NCBI GenBank assembly: GCA_026986575.1
Contig: JALSOH010000006.1
Location: 256,001 to 320,000, forward strand
DNA length: 64,000 bases
Reading direction: 5' to 3'
Source: Thermoproteota archaeon
GTDB lineage: Archaea; Korarchaeota; Korarchaeia; Korarchaeales; Korarchaeaceae
The translations under genes and the position numbers were made by a program. Positions 18,535 to 28,704 of this stretch are shown piece by piece; positions within the stretch are counted from its first letter, which is position 1; each line of letters starts with the position of its first letter. The notes beneath the pieces were generated by a model that was not told the DNA's origin, ran no database searches, and saw only the letters and a list, made by a program, of their open reading frames with translations.

Positions 18535-20574
18535 ATGTGGAGGACGGGAGTCGACATCGGGGGGACCTTCACCGATATCGTCTTCCTAGATGAGGAATCC
18601 GGCAAATTAAAGGTTCTAAAAGTTCTAACAACTCCTAAGAGACCTAGCAAGGCTGTTCTATCTGGATTGGAGGAATCTGAGGTAGGGTTATCTGAAATCT
18701 CAACTCTAGTGCACGCCACGACCTTGGGTACCAATATGTTCTTGGGTCAGGAGGGGCTAATACCACCCAAGGTGGCCCTGATTACCACCAAAGGCTTCAG
18801 AGACGTCTTAGAAATAGGGAGGCAGCGCAGGCCCGAGCTCTATAACCTCTTCTTCGAGAAGCCACCGCCTCTAGTAAGGAGGAGGGACAGGTACGAGGTC
18901 GAAGAGAGAGTTGACGCTTGGGGAAACGTGCTAATCCCTCTCAACGTTGAAGAAGCCGAGAAACTGGCGGATCTCATCTGTGAGAGAGGATATGAGGTGG
19001 TTGCAGTATCTTTCCTCCACAGCTACATGAACCCAATCCATGAGGAGAGGATGCACCAGATACTCAAGGAAAGATGTCCTGATCTTGATATCATACTCTC
19101 ATCCAAGGTGAACCCCGAGCACAAGGAGTACGAGAGGACCAGCACCACAGTGGTCAACGCCTTCCTGAGGAAGCTCCTCTCAACCTACCTGACGAACTTG
19201 GAGAGGGAGCTCCGGGGAAAGGGGTTTAAGGGAAAGCTTTTGGTTATGCAGAGCAGTGGCGGGGTGTCAAAGGTCGAGTACGCTGTAGAGAGGCCTGCGG
19301 CCTTCATAGAATCCGGTCCTGCAGCAGGAGCGGTGGCCGTTGCGCACTACTCTAAACTGGCTGGAGATGAGAGGGTGATAGGCTTCGACATGGGCGGAAC
19401 CACCGCCAAGGCCTCGACGGTGATAGGGGGAGAGCCGACGGTCACCACTGAGTATGAGGTAGGTGGGAAGATCCACGCTGGTAGGCTGGTGAAGGGGTCT
19501 GGCTACCCCGTGCGATTCCCCTTCATAGATCTGGCGGAGGTCAGCGCCGGCGGTGGAACTATAGCTTGGATAGATGAGGGCGGAGCTTTAAGGGTCGGTC
19601 CCATAAGCGCAGGCGCCGAGCCAGGTCCGGCCTGCTACGGGAGAGGAGGGGATAAGGCCACGATAACGGATGCGAACTTCCTCTTGGGCAGGCTAGGGAA
19701 GAAACTCGCGGGAGGAAGCCTGATACTTAGGAAGGAGCTAGCAGAGAAGGCCATTGGCGATCTGGCCGTCGAATTGGGCTTGGAAATGGAGGAAGCCGCT
19801 ATGGGCATAATAAAGCTGGCCAACACCGTCATGGCCAAGGCCCTGAGGATAGTGACGGTGGAGAGGGGTCACGATCCTAGGGATTTCGTGATGTACGTCT
19901 TCGGCGGTGCTGGTCCCTTGCACGGAGTGGAGCTGGCGAGGGAACTGGAGGCGAGGGAGGTGCTAATACCCATCCATCCGGGGGTCTTCTCGGCGTTCGG
20001 CCTCCTCCTGACGGACTACAGGGTGGACACCGTCAGGAGCTTGATGAGGCTAGCTGAGGAGATCGAGGACAGGGAGGTGGAGGAGGCGCTCGCTCAGCTC
20101 GAGATGGAGGCCAGCAAGGAGCTCGAGGGAGTCAGGGAGGTACACGCAATCCCTAGTTTGGACATGAGGTACAGAGGGCAGGCCTACGATCTCAACGTAC
20201 CGTGGAGGGGATCGGTCGATCAGGCCATAAGGGATTTCCATGCCACTCACGGGAGGGTATACGGGTTCTCATCTCCGGATGAGCCTGTAGAGATAGTGAA
20301 TGTGAGATTGGCACTGATAGGATCCCTTAGGAAGCCCCAGTTCCCGAGAATGAGGGCCGAGGAATACAGGCCGGAGCCCGAGGGATCTAGAGAGGTGTAC
20401 TTCGGGGACAGAGGGTGGGTAGATGCGTCAGTTTACTCTAGGGAGAAGCTCAAGCCCGGCGCCACGCTTGAAGGCCCGGCTGTAGTGGAGGAGTACGACT
20501 CGACGACATTAGTCCCACCGGGACACCTGCTGAGGGTGGATGAGTTCAGGAACCTGAGGATAAGGGTGATGTGA
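18535..20574 (+). CDS. Hydantoinase A / 5-oxoprolinase subunit (ATP-binding)
   Basis: GVDIGGTFTD, EYERTSTTVVNA, ESGPAAG, DMGGTTAK, SAGAEPGPACY, GGAGPLH. Confidence 0.93.
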   Translation: MWRTGVDIGGTFTDIVFLDEESGKLKVLKVLTTPKRPSKAVLSGLEESEVGLSEISTLVHATTLGTNMFLGQEGLIPPKVALITTKGFRDVLEIGRQRRPELYNLFFEKPPPLVRRRDRYEVEERVDAWGNVLIPLNVEEAEKLADLICERGYEVVAVSFLHSYMNPIHEERMHQILKERCPDLDIILSSKVNPEHKEYERTSTTVVNAFLRKLLSTYLTNLERELRGKGFKGKLLVMQSSGGVSKVEYAVERPAAFIESGPAAGAVAVAHYSKLAGDERVIGFDMGGTTAKASTVIGGEPTVTTEYEVGGKIHAGRLVKGSGYPVRFPFIDLAEVSAGGGTIAWIDEGGALRVGPISAGAEPGPACYGRGGDKATITDANFLLGRLGKKLAGGSLILRKELAEKAIGDLAVELGLEMEEAAMGIIKLANTVMAKALRIVTVERGHDPRDFVMYVFGGAGPLHGVELARELEAREVLIPIHPGVFSAFGLLLTDYRVDTVRSLMRLAEEIEDREVEEALAQLEMEASKELEGVREVHAIPSLDMRYRGQAYDLNVPWRGSVDQAIRDFHATHGRVYGFSSPDEPVEIVNVRLALIGSLRKPQFPRMRAEEYRPEPEGSREVYFGDRGWVDASVYSREKLKPGATLEGPAVVEEYDSTTLVPPGHLLRVDEFRNLRIRVM

Positions 20575-22227
20575 ATGGTAGATCCGGTCACCGTGGAGGT
20601 GATCAGGAGCTCCTCCTCCTACATAGCTGAGGAGATGGGTATCGTGCTGAGGAACGCGGCCTACTCCCCGAACATAAGGGACAGGATGGACCACAGCTGC
20701 GCGATCCTCCTAGAGGACGGTGAGATGATAGCCCAAGCTGAGCACATACCCGTCCACCTGGGGAGCATGGCCGTAGGCGTCAAGAACACCATAGATTACC
20801 TGCAGAGATCCTCTATAGAGCTGGAGGAGGGAGACATAATCGTGCTGAACGACCCGTACATCGCGGGAACTCATCTGAACGATGTGACTATGGTGAAGCC
20901 CCTCTTCCACAGGGGAGAGGTATTCGGATATGTGGCGAATAAGGCCCACCATGTTGATATTGGGGGAATGGTCCCTGGAAGCATAAGCGGCAGCGCGAAG
21001 GAGCTGATTCAGGAGGGGCTGGTCCTCCCCCCGCTGAAGATAGTCAGGAGGGGCCAGCTCGACATAAGCGTGCTCAACCTGATTCTGAGCAACGTGAGGG
21101 TTCCCAGATACACAAGGGGTGACCTGAAGGCACAGATAGCTGCCCTGAATGTGGGTGAGAGGAGGCTGAGGGAGCTGATAGACAAGTACGGGCTAGAGAC
21201 CGTGATAGAGGCTTGGAACAGGACTATAGACTACACTGCCAACTACCTGAGGGAGAAGCTGAAGGAGGTGCCTCCTGGCCTCTACAGCGCTGAGGATTAC
21301 ATGGAGGCCGACGATAGGCTGCTGGCCATCAGGGTGAGGGTGCAGCTCTCTAGAGAGTCCATAAGGGTGGACTTTACTGAAACTGACGAGCAGGTTGACA
21401 TTCCCATAAACGCCGTATACGGCGTGACCGTCGCAGCCACCTCCTACGCGATAAAGGCGGCCTTGGATCCGGACCTGCCTATGAACTACGGGTTCTTCAA
21501 AGTTGTCAGGATAGAAACTAGGGAAGGGACGCTTGTCCACCCTAAGAAGCCCGCTCCCGTCGCTGCGGGCAACGTGGAGACCTCCCAGAGGATAGCTGAG
21601 ACCGTCCTGAAGGCGCTGTCCGAGCCGCTGAAGGGAAGGATACCCGCAGCCTCCCACGGGAGCATGAACAACGTGATGGTGGGAGGGATACATGAAGGAA
21701 GGAGCTGGGCGTTCTACGAGACTATAGGAGGCGGGATGGGGGGCAGGCCGGGTAAGGACGGAGTCGACGGCGTTCACACCCACATGACCAACACCATGAA
21801 CACTCCAATAGAGGTCATAGAGAGGGAGTGTCCGGTCCTCTTCGTAGAGTACAGCCTCAGGGATGACTCAGGAGGTCCTGGTCAGTTCAGGGGAGGGCTG
21901 GGGATAACTAGGGCATTCAAGATACTCTCTGACAGGGCCGTATTATCCATAGCAACTGAGAGGGTAAAGCTCAGACCTTGGGGATTGGAGGGAGGATTGG
22001 AGGGGAAGAGCGGCTTTCACTATGTCGAGAGAAATGGGGAGAGGATCGTGCTCGGGGCCAAGGCCACTATGGAGTTGATGAAGGGAGATGTGGTCTACAT
22101 AAACACCCCCGGTGGCGGAGGTTACGGGGATCCCAAGCTCAGGGACCCATCTCTCGTGAAGGAGGACTTGCTGGATGGAAAGATATCAGGGGAAACCGCT
22201 CGAAAAGTGTACGGACTGACAATCTAA
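20575..22227 (+). CDS. Hydantoinase B / 5-oxoprolinase subunit
   Basis: SPNIRDRMDHSCA, HIPVHLGSM, NDPYIAGTHLND, YETIGGG, NTPIE, TPGGGGYG. Confidence 0.93.
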   Translation: MVDPVTVEVIRSSSSYIAEEMGIVLRNAAYSPNIRDRMDHSCAILLEDGEMIAQAEHIPVHLGSMAVGVKNTIDYLQRSSIELEEGDIIVLNDPYIAGTHLNDVTMVKPLFHRGEVFGYVANKAHHVDIGGMVPGSISGSAKELIQEGLVLPPLKIVRRGQLDISVLNLILSNVRVPRYTRGDLKAQIAALNVGERRLRELIDKYGLETVIEAWNRTIDYTANYLREKLKEVPPGLYSAEDYMEADDRLLAIRVRVQLSRESIRVDFTETDEQVDIPINAVYGVTVAATSYAIKAALDPDLPMNYGFFKVVRIETREGTLVHPKKPAPVAAGNVETSQRIAETVLKALSEPLKGRIPAASHGSMNNVMVGGIHEGRSWAFYETIGGGMGGRPGKDGVDGVHTHMTNTMNTPIEVIERECPVLFVEYSLRDDSGGPGQFRGGLGITRAFKILSDRAVLSIATERVKLRPWGLEGGLEGKSGFHYVERNGERIVLGAKATMELMKGDVVYINTPGGGGYGDPKLRDPSLVKEDLLDGKISGETARKVYGLTI

Positions 22228-22488
22228 CTTTCTTTTTACGTCCAGTCCTTTCTATTGACGATGGACTGGGTGGCATCCAAGTTCAAACTCTCGAACTGAA
22301 GCGAGGCTGCATATGCTTATAGGCATCATTGCCTAGGTTGGGATTGGAGCGGAACACTAAAACAGACCCGTTATATTCGCCTTTATGTTATAAAGCTTTT
22401 CTCGATTTTAGCTGATCTCCTAACTTTAGTATCTAAATTAGACCCAATCTTTATATTATATTGAATCTTGAACGCTCGGTGCTCTCGT

Positions 22489-23508
22489 ATGAACAGGAGA
22501 GTAGCCCTCTTTCTAGCCCTATCGTTCGTACTCGTGTTCGGCGCCACCGTTTTTCCGTTGTCCGCCCAGAAGAAGAAAGTCGTTGGCTTAGACGTAGCCC
22601 CAGGAAGAGTCAAGGACCTAGACGCCGAGATCGGTCAGAAATATCTGAAGAAGCTCAAGGACTACCTGACGTCTTGGGGCTACGAGGTAAAGGAGCTGAC
22701 TCAGCTGACACCCGAGTCCCTGAAGGGCGTCGATGTACTGATAATCGGTAAGATGAAGGACTACAACAGCAAGTTCTCCCCATCCGAGGTGCAGGCTATC
22801 GCCAGCTGGTTCAAACAGGGAGGAAAGCTTCTATGGGTTGGAGCTGACTCCGACTACGTAGAGCCCTATCTCAAGCCCGAAGATGTTGGATTCAAGGCTG
22901 AGGAGCCCAACAAGATACTGTCGGCTGTAGGTTCGTCCATAAGGATAGAGTACGCTAGCCTGGAGGATCCTGAGTCCAACGCCGGTGCGGCCTACAGGGT
23001 CGTGAGCTACAAGGCCAATCATCAGGGATGGGCTGCAGAGATAACCAAGGGAGCCGATAAGGTCCTCTTCCACGGACCCACTCTCTTAGCCGGATACAAG
23101 GATGGAAAGTTCGTCCCGTTCGACCAGGTAGTGAGCGACACGTGTGTCTGGCTCTACAGGAGCAGTGACAAGGGAACGGTTGTGAGCCACGACGGCGTAG
23201 ACCCGAAGGCCTATAGGGTGGGACAGACCGGTAGCTTCGTCGAAGCCGCTGCCGAGAAGATAGCTGTGGGCTCAACCTACAGCAAGCTGATAGTAACTGG
23301 CGAGTCTCTCCTCGGTGACAGGACCATCATAAGCGAGGAGTATCACGGCGTCAAGCTGCAGGGCCCGACCTTCGTGAAGAACGCCCTGGCTTGGGGCACC
23401 ACAGTTGAGAGCGCCGGCCTGCCCATGGAGTGGATAGCTGCCATAATAGTGGTGATAATAATCGTCGTGGTCGGCGCCTACCTGGCCATGAAGAGGAAGA
23501 AGTCTTAA
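22489..23508 (+). CDS. Cell-surface protein with GldG/DUF4350-like (class I GATase-like) domain and C-terminal TM anchor
   Basis: Signal peptide; LKGVDVLII..FSPSEVQAIASWFKQGGKLL; C-terminal TM and KRKKS. Confidence 0.6.
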   Translation: MNRRVALFLALSFVLVFGATVFPLSAQKKKVVGLDVAPGRVKDLDAEIGQKYLKKLKDYLTSWGYEVKELTQLTPESLKGVDVLIIGKMKDYNSKFSPSEVQAIASWFKQGGKLLWVGADSDYVEPYLKPEDVGFKAEEPNKILSAVGSSIRIEYASLEDPESNAGAAYRVVSYKANHQGWAAEITKGADKVLFHGPTLLAGYKDGKFVPFDQVVSDTCVWLYRSSDKGTVVSHDGVDPKAYRVGQTGSFVEAAAEKIAVGSTYSKLIVTGESLLGDRTIISEEYHGVKLQGPTFVKNALAWGTTVESAGLPMEWIAAIIVVIIIVVVGAYLAMKRKKS

Positions 23509-23549
23509 GTCTCCTCCTCCCCCCTCTTTTTCCCCGAAGGTGGTGCTCC

Positions 23550-24950
23550 GTGAACGCCAAGTATTTGCTTATAGTGGTCGCGATCTTGGTGATCGGTGTC
23601 GCGGCCCTTTTCCTGCTCAAGCCGAGCGGTGAGACGACAACCACTACTCAACAAACTCAGAAGGGCATAGTCCTGAAGATAATAACGAGGCATGCCAGCG
23701 AGATCCAAGAAGTAACTAGGGAGAGGTTTCTAAAGACGGACATAGCCAAGAAGTACAACATAGTTGATCTACAGTTCTACAGCCCCCATGTTGCCCTATG
23801 GAGAGATACTATACTCAAGCAGGAACCGGACGTGGCTTGGGGTGGGGGGCCTGCGTTATTCAATGAGCTGATCAGGCAGGGGCTCTTGGCACCGATAACA
23901 GACCCAGATGCTGTCAAAGAGATTGAGAGCCTTCCTGACAAGATAGGAGGCTCTGAGATAAAACACTACGAGAATGGTAAGCTCATGTGGGTCGCCGCTG
24001 CCATCTCCTCGTTCGGTTTCAGCGTAAACGAACCTCTACTCAAGAAGTACGGTCTACCGGAGCCTAAATCCTGGAAAGACTTGGCGAGCCCGGAGATGGC
24101 CAAGATCCTGCCCAAACCAGCTATATCCTATGCTAGGGCCCTCACCTCTACATCTCACACTAGGATATACCAGATCATACTCCAGAAGTACGGGTGGGAC
24201 GAGGGATGGGAGATCTTAGCTAGGATGGCCGCCAACGGCAGGCCGTACGGCGGTTCAGTGGAGGCTCTCACTGCTGTGGAGACTGGGGAGACCCCTATAG
24301 GCATAATGATCGATTTCTACGGATACGGGGCCCAGATCGAGTTCCCCGGACTGAAGTACATACTCCCGTACAATGAGTCCATAGTAAACGGTGATCCTAT
24401 CGCCCTCCTGAAAACTTCAAAGCATCCAGACGCCGCGCAGGCATTCATAAAGTGGGTGATTTCGGTGGAGGGCCAGGAGATATGGCTCCACAAGAAGATA
24501 AACAGGATGCCCGTCAGGGCCGATGTGTTCGACACTCCCGAGGGTAAGGAGAGGCCCGACCTCAAGAGGGCCTACGAGCAGACCGTCAACAACATAGGCA
24601 TACCCTTCGACGAGAAGTTAGCCACGGAGATCCTGTTCTCCCTCAAGTACTACTTCGACTCGGTGTACTGCGATCCTCACGACCAGCTCGTGAGGACATG
24701 GGCGAAGCTGGTCAAGGCATACAAGGCAGGCAAGCTGACCGAGGAGCAGTTCAAGGAGTTCTCTAGGGAGCTGGGAAGACCACTCACTTGGACCGAGGAC
24801 GGCAAGCAGGTCACCTTCACACTGGAATACGCCAAACAGATCAATGAGAAATTGAGGGACACAGCCTTCGCCAACAAGATGCAGAAGATCTGGAGACAGG
24901 CCGCGGTAGAAAGGTACGAGAAGCTTTACGAGGAGATACCCAACCCCTGA
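23550..24950 (+). CDS. ABC transporter substrate-binding protein (Fe3+/AfuA-like cluster)
   Basis: N-terminal anchor; PDVAWGGG, PKSWKDLA, GDPIALLK..HPDAAQAFIKW. Confidence 0.8.
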   Translation: MNAKYLLIVVAILVIGVAALFLLKPSGETTTTTQQTQKGIVLKIITRHASEIQEVTRERFLKTDIAKKYNIVDLQFYSPHVALWRDTILKQEPDVAWGGGPALFNELIRQGLLAPITDPDAVKEIESLPDKIGGSEIKHYENGKLMWVAAAISSFGFSVNEPLLKKYGLPEPKSWKDLASPEMAKILPKPAISYARALTSTSHTRIYQIILQKYGWDEGWEILARMAANGRPYGGSVEALTAVETGETPIGIMIDFYGYGAQIEFPGLKYILPYNESIVNGDPIALLKTSKHPDAAQAFIKWVISVEGQEIWLHKKINRMPVRADVFDTPEGKERPDLKRAYEQTVNNIGIPFDEKLATEILFSLKYYFDSVYCDPHDQLVRTWAKLVKAYKAGKLTEEQFKEFSRELGRPLTWTEDGKQVTFTLEYAKQINEKLRDTAFANKMQKIWRQAAVERYEKLYEEIPNP

Positions 24951-25037
24951 CCTCCCATCACTCTAAATTTTTCACAGTCCTCCGTTCGAACCATAACTTT
25001 TTTAGAATTCCCCTCACTGGTGAAGGGGGCGAAGAGG

Positions 25038-25466
25038 ATGCCTTATATGAAGGTTGGAGATCTCCTGAAGGGGTATGGATTCATAAGCGTTACCCCCGAC
25101 AAGACTGTGAGAGAAGCGGCTAAGGTGATGGCGAACAAGGGGATCGGCTTCTTGGTGGTCGTGGACTCGAGTGATCCCCGAAGGGTGGTAGGGGTCCTCT
25201 CGGAGAGGGACATTATAAGGGCCTTAGCTAGCAACAAAGAGGACGCCAAGGTCGAGGAGCTCATGACCAAGGATGTCGTCACGGTAAAAGACACGGACAC
25301 CCTTTACAAGGCCGCTAAGCTTATGAGGGAGCACAGCATTAGGCACCTCGTCGTGGTTAATGAGGACGGAATCCCAGTAGGTGTGCTCAGCATAAGAGAT
25401 CTGACCTATGAGGAGGGCGCGCTCAAGGCCCTCGCCGAGGAAATAGAGAGCGAGTTCTCCCCCTGA
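25038..25466 (+). CDS. CBS domain pair protein
   Basis: Two CBS repeats (GVLSERDII, GVLSIRDL). Confidence 0.9.
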   Translation: MPYMKVGDLLKGYGFISVTPDKTVREAAKVMANKGIGFLVVVDSSDPRRVVGVLSERDIIRALASNKEDAKVEELMTKDVVTVKDTDTLYKAAKLMREHSIRHLVVVNEDGIPVGVLSIRDLTYEEGALKALAEEIESEFSP

Positions 25467-25923
25467 AGTAGGTGTAATAGAACCAGACCGCATCATACTG
25501 CTGTTGAGTCTCGATGGAGCATGGCCTCATGGATCTGAGGTGCTCGATGGCTTCATCCGGCCGCATTCCCTTTGAGACGAAGTAGGCGGCTAGGACGGTG
25601 CCAGTCCTCCCGCAACCCGCCAAGCAGTGGACCAACACCTTCCTTCCCTCCTCAACTTTCTGGTTGATCAGGTCGACTATCTGAGCGAGGAGTTCTACGG
25701 GCGGGGCCGAGAAGTTCTCGATGGGAAAGGAGTAATGCTCCATTCCCAACTCCTTTATCCTCTCGATCACCCGCTCGTCATACTCCTCCAGCCTCACGAG
25801 CGATACCACTACCTTTATCCCCTTGTTGGCCAGCCAGTCGATCTCTTCTGATGAGTAAGGAAGAGCGGAGCCAGCTACATGCTCGTCCACGAAGGAGAAG
25901 TTCCCCGGTTTTCTCAATCTCAT
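25423..25923 (-). CDS. Dual-specificity / protein-tyrosine phosphatase family protein
   Basis: VLVHCLAGCGRTGT (HCx5R), RPCSIET. Confidence 0.9.
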   Translation of the reverse strand: MRLRKPGNFSFVDEHVAGSALPYSSEEIDWLANKGIKVVVSLVRLEEYDERVIERIKELGMEHYSFPIENFSAPPVELLAQIVDLINQKVEEGRKVLVHCLAGCGRTGTVLAAYFVSKGMRPDEAIEHLRSMRPCSIETQQQYDAVWFYYTYFRGRTRSLFPRRGP

Positions 25924-27737
25924 ACCGGCCAAGCCATGTGCTTGAACGCTATAACCCTTAACACGTCTGACGCGTCTTCAACGGCGTCTATCATGTTCTC
26001 AAAGAGCTCCACAAAGTCCCTCAGGTTCATGAGCTTGACCACATTCATCTCCACGTGGAGCAGCTCCTCCATAGCCTGCTGGTGGAGCTCGTCGAACACC
26101 GACTCAAGCGTGTCGATCTCGCTCACAATCTCTAAGGATGACTCTATGTCCTCTCTCATGATCTCTATGGACCTAAAAAGCCTGTTTGAGATCCATTTGG
26201 AGATCCTAGCCATCTCCTCCATGAGCTTCCTTATTCTCTGGGGTATATCGTCTGGATCTAGAGTCCTTAGCCTCCTAGAGGCGCCTAGAGCGAAAGAGGC
26301 TACCCTGTCCACCCTGCCTACGAGCCTAGCGAAGTCAGCCTTATCTTGGCCCGAGAGGCTGCTGAACCAGAGCTGCCTGTCTATGGCTATCCTGATCTCA
26401 TCGGCCTGCCTCTCATACTCCTTAACCATCTTGAAATTCCTCTCATCTCTTACCCCTTTAGAGTAGCTGCTCACCATATCGGCAAAGCTCTCCACAGCTT
26501 TAACGACCTTGGAAGCGTGATCCACCACCATATCGTAGGCTGGCCAGAAGGGTCTCGTCTCCTTCATAAGGAAGATGAGGAATGATCCAGCAGCCATCAT
26601 CAGGGCAGTGAGCATGAAGGTACCTCCGAACCCATAGACCTCGCCCACGACTCCTAGGGTCAGGGCACCGGTCATATAGCCGAAGTCCCTGAGCGACGTA
26701 TACAGGCCCATTGAACGCCCCCTTACCGTGGGCGGGGCTGCGTCAGCCGAGATGGCGGGAAGGATGGGGTAGTAGAGGCCCACACCCAGCCCCAAGGTGG
26801 CGGAGGCCAGAGCTAGGTAGAGGGGATCTCTCAGGGAGTGGAGGAGATATATGCTGGCGGCCTTGATGGAGAACCCCATGAAGATGGGGATCCTCCTACC
26901 GAAAACATCCGATATCCTCCCGGAGAACGGCATCAGGAGGGCCCAAGAGAGGGTGTTCAGACCCTGTATGAAACCTATTTGGGTGGTCCCTAACCCCAAG
27001 GAACTCAAGTAAAGGGGTAAGAGCCCCCATACGAGCGCATCAGAGAACTGAGCCACGTGGCCTAGGAAGTAGGTGAGCCTCAGGGTCCCGCTTCTCAAAC
27101 ACATGGAATACGCTTGCACCGTGGGTATCTCCTCTATTTCTGCTTCCTCGACCCTTGTTTCGGAGATGCCCACCAAGGAAAGAACAAGGGCTAGGGCCGA
27201 GGCGACCAATGTTATGTAGAAGGCATCAGGTATGTTCCTGACCTCGGACACGTAGCCTCCTAGAAACGATCCCACAGTATATCCGCCGTAAACTGAGGCC
27301 TCCATTATGCCTAGGCTGAGCCCGTGCCTCTCCCTCCCTCCAGCCTCCGATAGAACTATCATCACGCCAGAATCGACCAACCCTTGGCTCCAACCCATCA
27401 TGAGAGAGGCGGCAGCCACCATTAACAGATCCTTGCTGTATATGAGCAGGAGGGTACCGGCGAAGAACACTCCCGCTCCCAAAACGACAGCTACCTTCCT
27501 GCCCAACTTGTCCGCTAGGTATCCGGCCAGCAAGTCAGCCAGACCCTTGAAGGCTCCGAATGAGAGTATGGGGAGGAGCACGATGAAGAGGTAAGAATAG
27601 GCCTCTTGGACGAATCCACCCACGTACAGCGGGAGGACCGCTCTCTGCACACCCATGCCCGCCCCTATGGACAGGGCAGTCATGGCAGCAGAGACCATTA
27701 TCCTTCCGGAGTCTCTCCCGCTCAATCCTCGAATCAC
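25920..27737 (-). CDS. MFS transporter fused to C-terminal DUF47 (PhoU-like) domain
   Basis: GYLADKLGRK and GRISDVFGRR MFS motifs, then soluble YERQADEIR..ESVFDELH..ENMIDAVEDASD DUF47 pattern. Confidence 0.82.
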   Translation of the reverse strand: MIRGLSGRDSGRIMVSAAMTALSIGAGMGVQRAVLPLYVGGFVQEAYSYLFIVLLPILSFGAFKGLADLLAGYLADKLGRKVAVVLGAGVFFAGTLLLIYSKDLLMVAAASLMMGWSQGLVDSGVMIVLSEAGGRERHGLSLGIMEASVYGGYTVGSFLGGYVSEVRNIPDAFYITLVASALALVLSLVGISETRVEEAEIEEIPTVQAYSMCLRSGTLRLTYFLGHVAQFSDALVWGLLPLYLSSLGLGTTQIGFIQGLNTLSWALLMPFSGRISDVFGRRIPIFMGFSIKAASIYLLHSLRDPLYLALASATLGLGVGLYYPILPAISADAAPPTVRGRSMGLYTSLRDFGYMTGALTLGVVGEVYGFGGTFMLTALMMAAGSFLIFLMKETRPFWPAYDMVVDHASKVVKAVESFADMVSSYSKGVRDERNFKMVKEYERQADEIRIAIDRQLWFSSLSGQDKADFARLVGRVDRVASFALGASRRLRTLDPDDIPQRIRKLMEEMARISKWISNRLFRSIEIMREDIESSLEIVSEIDTLESVFDELHQQAMEELLHVEMNVVKLMNLRDFVELFENMIDAVEDASDVLRVIAFKHMAWPV

Positions 27738-28280
27738 CTGAGGGTCTCAAACTCCTCCTTGAGGAACTCGGGTAGAAGGGCGCACACCTCCCTATAAAAA
27801 TCGACCCGGGAATTGGCCCTCACGCACTCGCAGAACTGGGGCACCCACTGGAGCAGGTGGTCCTCCAAGAAGGATTTAGCCTCATCCAAGGCATCCTCCT
27901 CACCTAATAGATAGAGGTAGCGGAGGAATTCGAGCTCCGCTGATATATGTTCTGGGAGGTCCTTGAATTCGTCGGAAACATCGACGCCGAAGGCCCTCAT
28001 CCTGTCCTGAACGTCAACGGCTAGGTGGGACATGAGCACCTTATCCTCAGTCCTATATACCGATTCGTAGGGGGGAGGGTATATCCTTGCCAAATCTGAA
28101 GAGCCTTACGTACTCTTGATTCATTAAATGGGGATCCTCCACCCTTAAATCAGATTGGGGCCACCTCTCCCTAACTTTCTCCAGTAGAGACTCAATTTCC
28201 TTCACCCACTCTTCCGTGGGCCTCATGAACGCCAAGGTGAAGAACTCGAGCAGCTGGGCGCTCTCCTCTCTCCCACTCAT
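27734..28280 (-). pseudogene. TorD/DmsD-family molybdoenzyme chaperone, split by a +1 frameshift (possibly an assembly error)
   Basis: EYVRLF in one frame; PYESVY, PEHISAELEFL, FLEDHLLQWVPQF in the other; frames join at the G6 run 28070-28075. Confidence 0.8.
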
Positions 28281-28311
28281 AATCTGGGGTGGAAGCCCCC
28301 TCATATTAAGG

Positions 28312-28698
28312 TTATCTAAGACAGCCGAGCGGCAAGTATCTCTCGATGACACCCTTTATCTTCCTCAAGGAGCTCTCAAGCTCAAGGATAATTTGAGAAT
28401 CTCCCTCGACGAAGCTCACGTCCACGCACGCGCCCTTAGTGTGATGGTGCGTTCTTGTGATCACGCAGCTCCCATACCTCTCCAGCACTCTGGAGACCAG
28501 CTCGCTGCTCCTCCCCTCGGATACCACAATAAGCACGCCTCTGCATCTATGGGGGGTTAGGAGGTGAACCCTGTCTTCTATGACCTCCACCAATATGCTC
28601 TGTATTAGGGAGGACCTGCTCATCCCCAGCTTGGACGACAGCTCATCTATCTTCTCTACCAAGTCCTCGGGGAGGGAGATACCAAACCTCCTCTTCAT
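28312..28698 (-). CDS. NikR-like ribbon-helix-helix metal-responsive regulator
   Basis: KRRFGISLP..SRSSLIQ RHH domain; C-terminal HHH..C metal-binding pattern. Confidence 0.82.
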   Translation of the reverse strand: MKRRFGISLPEDLVEKIDELSSKLGMSRSSLIQSILVEVIEDRVHLLTPHRCRGVLIVVSEGRSSELVSRVLERYGSCVITRTHHHTKGACVDVSFVEGDSQIILELESSLRKIKGVIERYLPLGCLR

Positions 28699-28704
28699 AC
28701 TACC

